64,000 nt of DNA, taken from Ostreococcus lucimarinus. Taxonomy: Eukaryota. Every line of letters begins with the position of its first letter. Positions within the stretch are counted from its first letter, which is position 1. The translations under genes and the position numbers were made by a program. This document shows, piece by piece, positions 54,604-61,639 of the stretch. Location of the stretch: assembly GCA_000092065.1 (NCBI GenBank), contig CP000585.1. One strand, given 5' to 3'. The notes beneath the pieces were generated by a model that worked only from the letters and a program-made list of their open reading frames with translations, did no database searches and was not told the DNA's origin.

Positions 54604-55407
54604 CTACTTCTTGCGCCTGACGGCTGGCTTGCGCTTCTGCGCCGGTTTACGCTTCGTCGCGGGCCTGCGAGCGGACGCGCCCGAGGCTTTGGAGGTCTCC
54701 GCGGCGCGCTTGCGCTTGGCGCCGACGGCGACGTCTTCGTCGTCGACGTCTTCGTCCTGGTCGAAGAGCGAACCGACGCCGAAATTCTCCATGCCGCCCA
54801 TCGCGCTCGGGTCTTCGCGAAGCTGCACGAACTCGCGGTGTACGCTCTCGATCTTGGCTACGTCGGCGTTGACGGCGACGACGACGACGGTGCCGGCGCT
54901 CGAGACGACGCGCGCGTTGTACATCACGCCCTTCATGTCAACCTTGAGCGCGCGCGAGGACTCGGCGAGCCAACGACCCACGGCGCCGGTATCGCCGTCT
55001 AAATCCACCGCCTCTCCGGCGCCTTCGATCTCAAACAAAACCTTGGACTTACCGCCTAAATTCGCCGTCGCGACGAGCTCCACGGCTGTCGAAGACGACT
55101 CCGCCGCCGGCTTCGCCGCGAGCGCCTTCGCCGTCTTCCCTTCGCTCGCCTTCGCCGCGTCGCCCGTCTCCCTCGCCGTCGTCGTCCCCATCGCGTCCTC
55201 ATCGCCACCACCGTCCCTCACCGCCGCCCTCGCCTCGTTCTCCTTCCCGTCGTCCGCGTCCACGATTCTCAAATCGTCGTCGCTCGACGAAGCCGCCGCC
55301 GCCGTCGCCGCCGCGCGCGTCCGCTCCGGCGACTTAAATTTCTCCACCCACGCCGGTTCGCTCTCGCTTCCCGATCCATCGTCGTCCGCGATCGTCGGCA
55401 GCGTCAC
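54604..55407 (-). CDS. Hypothetical protein (267 aa) with acidic N-terminus, central beta-rich segment and basic KRK-rich C-terminus. Start is GTG in the track (ATG start unresolved).
   Basis: ORF with protein-like central region LFEIEGAGEAVDLDGDTGAVGRWLAESSRALKVDMKGVMYNARVVSSAGTVVVVAVNADVAKIESV and a nuclear-localisation-like tail KRKRAAETSK...RKPAQKRKPAVRRKK. Confidence 0.4.
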   Translation of the reverse strand: MTLPTIADDDGSGSESEPAWVEKFKSPERTRAAATAAAASSSDDDLRIVDADDGKENEARAAVRDGGGDEDAMGTTTARETGDAAKASEGKTAKALAAKPAAESSSTAVELVATANLGGKSKVLFEIEGAGEAVDLDGDTGAVGRWLAESSRALKVDMKGVMYNARVVSSAGTVVVVAVNADVAKIESVHREFVQLREDPSAMGGMENFGVGSLFDQDEDVDDEDVAVGAKRKRAAETSKASGASARRPATKRKPAQKRKPAVRRKK

Positions 55408-55527
55408 CGTTCGTTTCTTCGTCGGCGTCGTCGTCGCCGTCTATCGCGCGTCGCGTCGTCGTTTCGTTTCGTTGCGTCAGTCGGTCCGCCGCGTTTGAAT
55501 TCCAGACAGCTCGTCGCGCGCGCGTCG

Positions 55528-55551
55528 CCATCCATCCATCCATCCATCCAT
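55528..55551. repeat. (CCAT)6 microsatellite in the divergent spacer between the 54604-55407(-) and 55759-56691(+) genes
   Basis: ccatccatccatccatccatccat. Confidence 0.9.
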
Positions 55552-55758
55552 CGTCGTCGCGTCGCGTCGTCGTCGTCGCGCACCTCGATCGGACTCGCGA
55601 CGGCGCGCAGCAGACTCGGTAACGGTTTGAACTCGTCGTCGTCGCTCGAGTCGTCGTTGATGACGATCATCGGCGCGAATCGATCGACCGCGCGCGTCGA
55701 AGAGTGACGCGATCGACTCGACGTCAATCATCGACGCGTCGCGCGTCGCGCGCGCGCG

Positions 55759-56691
55759 ATGCCGCGCTTGGAGCTCGAGCGCGATGACGTGCGAATAACG
55801 CCGACGCGCGGGCTCGGGTTCGCGTGCGAGACGGTGTCGCCGAAGCGCGACGGCGAGGCGATGAAGTCGACGGAGGTTGGTTCGGTGCTGCTGTTGCACG
55901 GATTGAATTCGCACGCGACGAACCCGAACGCGCGCGCGATGGCGGTGGCGCTCGCGAAACGAGGGATGCGAGTGATATCGTTCGATCTGCCGGGACACGG
56001 GGCGTGCGAGAGCGATGGGGACGCGCGAGGGGTGTACGCGGGGAAGGAGGCGGCGTTGGCGCGGGCGCGAAGCGCGTTGGCGGCGACGGCGACGGAAAGA
56101 TTCACGATCGTTGGATCGTCCATGGGAGGCGCGTTGGCGATATTTTGCGCGAATGCGATGCGCGGCGAGGAGGGACGCGCGGTCGAGCGCGTGGTGTTGA
56201 TAAATCCGTTGATGAAGATGAAGATGGCGCTGCCGCGCGTCGCGTTGGCGGCGCTGCGACTGGCGAGCTACGCGGCGCCGCGGTTGGAGGTGTCGCCGAA
56301 ACCGAGGGATAAGCTCGACGTGGACGAAGATCAGAGACCTGACTTTGACGACGAGGCGCAGGCGCAGTGCGACGCGGACGCGTTGAGCTGGGATAAAGGG
56401 GTGTCGTTGCGCACGGCGGTGGAGCTGTACGATTTAGTAGCGCACAACGCGGGAAATCGGCCGGAAGATTGCGGCATGGTGCGCTTGAGCTTCGAGACTC
56501 CCGTCTTACTCATCACGGGCGGACGCGACAACGTCATCTCGCCCGACACCGCCATCGATCGCGCGAAATTGGCCGTGCAAGCAGGTGGGAAGGCGGAGCA
56601 CGTGCAGTTCGCGCTCGCCGGGCACTCGTTGACTTTGCAAAGTCGCAGAGAAGAAGTGTTCGATCTCGTCGCGAATTGGCGATGGAAGTGA
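55759..56691 (+). CDS. Alpha/beta-hydrolase fold protein (serine hydrolase; lysophospholipase/monoacylglycerol-lipase-like)
   Basis: LLHGLNSHATNP...MRVISFDLPGHGAC...FTIVGSSMGGALA (GxSxG nucleophile elbow) ... ITGGRDNVISPD ... AGHSL (catalytic His region). Confidence 0.7.
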   Translation: MPRLELERDDVRITPTRGLGFACETVSPKRDGEAMKSTEVGSVLLLHGLNSHATNPNARAMAVALAKRGMRVISFDLPGHGACESDGDARGVYAGKEAALARARSALAATATERFTIVGSSMGGALAIFCANAMRGEEGRAVERVVLINPLMKMKMALPRVALAALRLASYAAPRLEVSPKPRDKLDVDEDQRPDFDDEAQAQCDADALSWDKGVSLRTAVELYDLVAHNAGNRPEDCGMVRLSFETPVLLITGGRDNVISPDTAIDRAKLAVQAGGKAEHVQFALAGHSLTLQSRREEVFDLVANWRWK

Positions 56692-56753
56692 GGTGAGGAT
56701 GTAATGATAATATCGGCTATTTCTTGTACACGACGTCCATCGGCTAAGAGATC

Positions 56754-57506
56754 CTATGCGACCGTTTTGTAAATGGTCAAAGACACGCCGAGTACGACGA
56801 GAATTAATATCGCGTCCATGCAAAATTTTCTCGTCGAGCGAATCTTCGTCACCGCCTCCTTCAACCGGGAGTTCGCCGTTCGCATGTCCGCGTTCACGGA
56901 ATCGAGCTTATCTTCGATCGCATCCGTGATCGGTTGCTGACGGCGCATCTCCTCTTGCATCTCGCCCCCGATGTCCTTCAACACGCCCAAACCGCGCGAG
57001 ATGACGTCCAAGCCTTTGTCTTGCTTGGCTTTCCGAGCTTCAAACTCTTGTCTAAACGCTTCGCTCGCCTCGCTTTGCTCCATGTTCAAGAACGGATTCG
57101 CACTCGATCCCGGATCGGCGTCGCTCGAGATGTTCACCACGGTCGACGTCCCCCCGAATCCCCCCGCCGGCTTTTTCTTTTGCGGCGGCAACCCGCGCGT
57201 GACGCCATCCGCCACCGCCTCGACTCGATCCTCCAAATTATCCACAATCTCCAACATCGCACGCACGTCATCCTCCGTCGTCCCCGCACTCTTCACCCTC
57301 GCGACCTTCCTCAGCTTCGGCAGCTCCCCGCGCAGATAATTCTTCCCTCGACGCACCTCCGCGTTGAGCGTCGCCACCGTCGCTCGATTTCGTTCGCTCT
57401 TCACCGCCGCCGCCTTTTCAATCAATTCTTCCAAAACCGTCTCCGAATTCGTCAGCATCGCCGCGAACGCATCGGTACCGCGTAATTTCGATATTCTCTC
57501 CTCCAC
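56754..57506 (-). CDS. Qc-SNARE, syntaxin-6/Tlg1/SYP6-like (SNARE motif + C-terminal TM anchor). N-terminus possibly incomplete (GTG start in track).
   Basis: DKGLDVISRGLGVLKDIGGEMQEEMRRQQPITDAIEDKLDSVNADMRTANSRLKEAV...RKFCMDAILILVVLGVSLTIY is collinear with syntaxin 6 ([74 protein letters not shown]). Confidence 0.7.
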   Translation of the reverse strand: MEERISKLRGTDAFAAMLTNSETVLEELIEKAAAVKSERNRATVATLNAEVRRGKNYLRGELPKLRKVARVKSAGTTEDDVRAMLEIVDNLEDRVEAVADGVTRGLPPQKKKPAGGFGGTSTVVNISSDADPGSSANPFLNMEQSEASEAFRQEFEARKAKQDKGLDVISRGLGVLKDIGGEMQEEMRRQQPITDAIEDKLDSVNADMRTANSRLKEAVTKIRSTRKFCMDAILILVVLGVSLTIYKTVA

Positions 57507-57571
57507 CTGCGCCGTGGTCTCCGTTTTCGGGAGATAGGCGTCGTATCTATCGCCGTTCGCGCCACCTGGTC

Positions 57572-57572
57572 A

Positions 57573-57601
<29 letters not shown>
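57572..57601. repeat. (GTC)10 microsatellite upstream of the syntaxin gene
   Basis: gtcgtcgtcgtcgtcgtcgtcgtcgtcgtc, ~65 bp upstream of the syntaxin ORF start and ~350 bp upstream of the YeeE-like ATG. Confidence 0.9.
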
Positions 57602-57604
<3 letters not shown>

Positions 57605-57950
57605 TCGTCTCCCTCTCGTCCGCCCCGCGTCCCACCGCCGCGCCTCTCCTCGTTCGACGACGCGCATCGCTCGCGTTTTCGCCCTCGCACGCACTTCTTC
57701 AACAGCGCGTCCGCGCGCGCGAGCAAATCTCCCGCCGACGCCATGCGCGCGCAAACGTCTTCCCGTCGTCGCGATTCCCGTTTTCCCGTCCCGTTTCCCC
57801 GTCGTCGCGCGCCCCCGTCGCCGCCGATCGACGCGCTCGACCGTCCGTCGTCGATCGACGCGTCCTCGATGTCGCGTCGCGCGTCGCGCGTCGCGCGGCG
57901 TCGCGTTTTGCCGTTCGATTCGCAGCGCGTCGTCGTCAGAATCGCGCGGG

Positions 57951-58997
57951 ATGTCGCGCGGCGCGCTCGAGTTCGCGCCCCATCACGCGCTGGGCGGCGG
58001 CGTCCTGCTCGGCCTGGCCGTGATCGGCAAGCTCGCGCTCACCGGGCGCGTGCTCGGCGTGAGCGGCGCGTTCAAGGGGCTCGTGCGGGGCGATCGCGCG
58101 CCGTGGCGCGTCGCCTTCGTCGGTGGTTTGCTCGCCGCGGGGGCGTGCGCGCGCGAACTCGGCGCGCTGGACGCGAGCGTGTCGACGGCGATGGTGAGCG
58201 GCGCGCGCGCGGCGTGCGCGGGGGCGCTGGTCGGCGTCGGCACGGCGATGGGACGGGGGTGCACGAGCGGGCACGGCATCGTCGGCAACTCGCGGCTGAG
58301 CGCGCGGAGCGCGGCGTACACGGTGACGTTCATGCTGGCGGGAGCGGTGACGGCGACGATGTTCGACACGAACGAGGCGCTGGGGGTGGACTCGACGCGA
58401 TACACGCTCGGGCGAGGGGCGCGGAGCGCGGAGGCGGATGAATTCGGGCTGTGGGTAAAAGTCGGCGCGGCGAGCGCGTGCGCGTTCGCCGCGGCGTGGT
58501 TTTACATCGCGCGCGCGATCAAGACGGGGAGTGACGATGGGAAGGAGGGACCGAGCGCGGCGAAGCGACACGCGATCGACGTCGTCGTCGACGGCGCCGC
58601 TGGGTTTACGTTTGGCCTAGGGCTGGCGGTGAGCGGGATGATGTCGCCGGCCAAAGTGTCGGGATTTCTGAGCGTCACGCGAGCGTCTTTCGACCCTTCG
58701 TTGATGTTTGTCATGGGCGGCGCGATGGCGGTGACGATGATCGGCATGCGCGTCATCGGCGCGCACACCGGTCGCCGACCGGCGTGCTCGTACAACTCGT
58801 TCGACTTCTCGTCGAACACCAAAATCGATAAACCTCTGCTGTTGGGCGGCGTGTTATTCGGCGCGGGCTGGGGCTTGGCCGGCATTTGCCCCGGTCCCGC
58901 CATGGTGTCCTCCGTCGCGACGCCGAGCGCGGAAAACTTGATGTGGATCGCCTCCTTCATCGCGGGCATGTGGGCGCACGAACGCGCCGCCGGGTGA
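57951..58997 (+). CDS. YeeE/YedE-family (DUF395) sulfur-compound (thiosulfate-type) transporter-like membrane protein
   Basis: Two-repeat polytopic membrane protein with the family Cys motif: VGVGTAMGRGCTSGHGIVG in repeat 1 and a related GAGWGLAGICPGPAMV in repeat 2. Gly-rich TM helices throughout. Confidence 0.65.
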   Translation: MSRGALEFAPHHALGGGVLLGLAVIGKLALTGRVLGVSGAFKGLVRGDRAPWRVAFVGGLLAAGACARELGALDASVSTAMVSGARAACAGALVGVGTAMGRGCTSGHGIVGNSRLSARSAAYTVTFMLAGAVTATMFDTNEALGVDSTRYTLGRGARSAEADEFGLWVKVGAASACAFAAAWFYIARAIKTGSDDGKEGPSAAKRHAIDVVVDGAAGFTFGLGLAVSGMMSPAKVSGFLSVTRASFDPSLMFVMGGAMAVTMIGMRVIGAHTGRRPACSYNSFDFSSNTKIDKPLLLGGVLFGAGWGLAGICPGPAMVSSVATPSAENLMWIASFIAGMWAHERAAG

Positions 58998-59219
58998 TTC
59001 GTCGCGCGATTCGATCCCGTCGACGCTCGTCGTCGATCATTGTGTCAATAATATAATGTAATACTACCTTGTACCTCTGCTTTCAATATCACGAGCGCTC
59101 GTTCGCGTTGGCGTCCGCGTCCGTCGCCTTCGCGCGCCGCTCGCGCGACGCCGCGTCCGCGTTCTCGGAAAAATCTCGTCCAGACCTGACCCTGGAGCTG
59201 CGGCACAATCGCACGCGTC

Positions 59220-60024
59220 ATGGCCTCCACCTCGTGCGCCTTTTCCGTCACCGCGCGTCCGCGCGCGACGAACAAATCCACCGCTCGCGGTAAACGCGTC
59301 GTTCGCGCCCGCGCGGCGGACGCCGAGGCCGCGCCGGCGGTGGATGTGAGCTCGACCGAGGTGCGATCGCGACGCCTCTTCGCCATCGTTTTCGCGCGCG
59401 CGACGCGAACGACGCGCGCGAGCGCGCGCGAAACGCGGCCGAGACGCGGATGCGATCGCGTCGCGTCGCGGGGGTCGACGACGCGGCGCGCGCGATCGGA
59501 GGCGCGATGAAAGAGACGCGGATATGCGAAAGTTATCCATAAAGACGACGAAGGCGCGCGGCGACGGGAGGACTGACGACGAAGGCGCGCGCGCGCGACG
59601 AACGCAGGTGAAGCAGTTCTACTACTGCGTCGCGAACGCCGATTTTATGCTCAACGATGAGAACAACGAGCACTTCCCGGAGATTTTGCGCGAACGACGA
59701 CGATTCTTCAAGGAAAAGTCCAAGCCGCAAGACTTTTGGATCGTGCCGAACCCGGCGTTTTTGGACGCGATGCCGGACGTGAAGAAGAAGATTCGTCAGC
59801 CGTGCGTCGCGGTCGTCACCACGGACAAAGTTTGGAACGATTTCGTCAAGTTGCGCATGGATAGAGTGTACAAGGGCGGCGTCGAGGGCGCGGTGTGCGA
59901 TATTTTGAAGAGCTCCGCCGCCATCGATCCGAACGCGTTCCCGGCGCCGACGAATTGGACCGCGCCGTACGCCAAGTACGCCGCGGGTTGGTGGAACGCC
60001 TTCGAGCCCAACGGTGGATTTTAA
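59220..60024 (+). CDS. ycf54: Ycf54 (LCAA; Mg-protoporphyrin IX monomethyl ester cyclase accessory factor) with chloroplast transit peptide. Two exons: 59220-59345 + 59608-60024 (an alternative donor is possible).
   Basis: Exon 1 gives a typical cTP: MASTSCAFSVTARPRATNKSTARGKRVVRARAADAEAAPAVD. Exon 2 VKQFYYCVANADFMLNDENNEHFPEILRERRRFFKEKSKPQDFWIVPNPAFL matches cyanobacterial Ycf54 (YYYALASQKFLLEEEPFEEVLKERRRDYGEKNKEIDFWQV..PAFL). Confidence 0.7.
59346..59607 (+). other. Inferred intron of ycf54 (262 bp, donor GTGAGC, acceptor acgCAG, phase 0). Alternative model: donor GTAAAC at 59290 with acceptor gaAG at 59584 (phase 1).
   Basis: Exon 1 frame continues into low-complexity sequence and stops at 59510. 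The Ycf54 homology only begins at 59608. Both models keep the frame. Confidence 0.5.
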
Positions 60025-60205
60025 TATTCTTCGCGGCATCACGACGCGTTTCCCGGCCGCTTAGCGTTTCATAGCCGTAGCGATTCTCGTTTCGATGTCA
60101 TCGACGCCTCACCTCCACTAATCTTTTCACTCATCTTTCAATCGTGCGCACGCGCGCGCGGCGCCACTCCGAGTCGTCGCGCGCGGACGGTCGAACCCGT
60201 GAGCG

Positions 60206-61588
60206 ATGATCGCATCGCGCGCGCGAATCGCCGTCGCCCCTCGACGCGCGCTCGCGTCCTCGCGCGCGCGTTCGCCCGCGCTCGCGTCGACGTCGTCGAT
60301 GAAACTCTCGCGCGCGGCGACGCCGCGACGCGTCGCGGCGACGCCGCGCGCGGCGGTCGACGCCGAGCGCACGGTGCGCGAAATGTACGAGCGAATCAAC
60401 GCTCGAGACGTCGACGGTGCGCTCGCGTGCGTGGATGAGAACGTGGTTTACGAGGATTTCAACTTTCCGGCGCCGTTTCGAGGCAAGGCGGCGGTGAAGA
60501 AGCTGTTCGAGGAGAGCTGCGAGGGCATACCGGACGATTTGACGTTCGTGATCGATGCGTCGACGTGCGGTGGGGACGCGGTGGGGCTGACGTGGCACGT
60601 GGAGCTGATGGGGGAGGCGTTTCCGAACGCGCGCGGGTGCTCGTTTTATCGCGTAGACGAGACGAACGGAAAGTTGGTCTACGCGCGGGATTGCGTGGAG
60701 TCGCCGTTGAAGCCGGGAGAGGCGAGTTTTGGGATCATACGGCTGGTGGCGCCGTTGGTGAAGAAACAAATCGCGGCGAAGAGGGGTGAGGGCGGCGGTG
60801 GAGACGGCGCCGTCGAGACGGCGAAATCCTCGTCTTCGGACGCGGGCGGAAACGCACTGGTGAGCGCGGCGTTTTGGCTCGCGGGCGCGGCGTACTGGTA
60901 CGTCTTGTTATTGTCACCTTCGGATAATCCGATTCCGGGTGACCCGGCGTATGCGATTAAGCCCGAGACGCTGCAAGAAGTCATCGCGGAATCAACAGAC
61001 TTCTTTTTCGTGCTTCCCGTGTTGAATAAGTTCGGGATTGACGCGTTAGGCACGGCGCCGGCGGTGCACCCCGTGTCTCTCGGTGTGTTCAACTTTGCGG
61101 AGGCATTCATTTTCATGCTACTCCCGCTGTACTTTATGGACAAACGGGGAAGAGATTTGCCTACGACGAAAATGTGGTCCATCGGTATGTTTCTTACGAA
61201 CGCCGTGTTGTTACCGTACATGGCGATTCGCGCGGCGACGCCGGTTCGTGATTGGAACCCGGAGTCAAATGCGAACGTGGATGGCTGGCGCGAGACGCGA
61301 TTGGGGGAAAAGGGCGTGATGAGTAAACTCTTTGGCGGTTTCGGACTCGCCGTCGGGCTTCTGTCAGTGTATTGGACTTTGTTTGAAGACCCCTCCGCGG
61401 GTGGGCTCAGCGAGCGGGCGGCGTACTTCAATAACCTGATGCACACCGATCGAGTCAGCGTGGCTTTTGTCGTAGATATCGCGCTTGTGTGCTGCTGGCA
61501 AGCTTACTTTATGAAATCTCTCGACAAGGACTCGGGCGCGCTCGCGTACATTCCGTATTGGGGATTATGCATTTGGCTGTTGATGTAG
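60206..61588 (+). CDS. Plastid-targeted (predicted) protein with SnoaL/NTF2-like domain fused to a polytopic membrane domain
   Basis: Presequence MIASRARIAVAPRRALASSRARSPALASTSS. NTF2/SnoaL-like VREMYERINARDVDGALACVDENVVYEDFNFPAPFRGKAAV. Then at least 5 hydrophobic helices (AFWLAGAAYWYVLLL, FFFVLPVLNKFGI, FIFMLLPLYFM, IGMFLTNAVLLPYMAI, FGLAVGLLSVYWTLF). Confidence 0.55.
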   Translation: MIASRARIAVAPRRALASSRARSPALASTSSMKLSRAATPRRVAATPRAAVDAERTVREMYERINARDVDGALACVDENVVYEDFNFPAPFRGKAAVKKLFEESCEGIPDDLTFVIDASTCGGDAVGLTWHVELMGEAFPNARGCSFYRVDETNGKLVYARDCVESPLKPGEASFGIIRLVAPLVKKQIAAKRGEGGGGDGAVETAKSSSSDAGGNALVSAAFWLAGAAYWYVLLLSPSDNPIPGDPAYAIKPETLQEVIAESTDFFFVLPVLNKFGIDALGTAPAVHPVSLGVFNFAEAFIFMLLPLYFMDKRGRDLPTTKMWSIGMFLTNAVLLPYMAIRAATPVRDWNPESNANVDGWRETRLGEKGVMSKLFGGFGLAVGLLSVYWTLFEDPSAGGLSERAAYFNNLMHTDRVSVAFVVDIALVCCWQAYFMKSLDKDSGALAYIPYWGLCIWLLM

Positions 61589-61639
61589 CTCGTTTAAAAA
61601 GAATTGTTTCGCGCTTTCGCGTATTGAATAACGGTACGA

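Noticed and set aside
59290-59584. Alternative ycf54 intron (donor GTAAAC at 59290, acceptor AG at 59584, phase 1)
   Set aside because: It also keeps the frame but truncates the transit peptide to 23 aa. The GTGAGC..acgCAG model gives a 42-aa cTP and matches the acceptor form seen in the MATH gene. Kept as an alternative rather than discarded outright.
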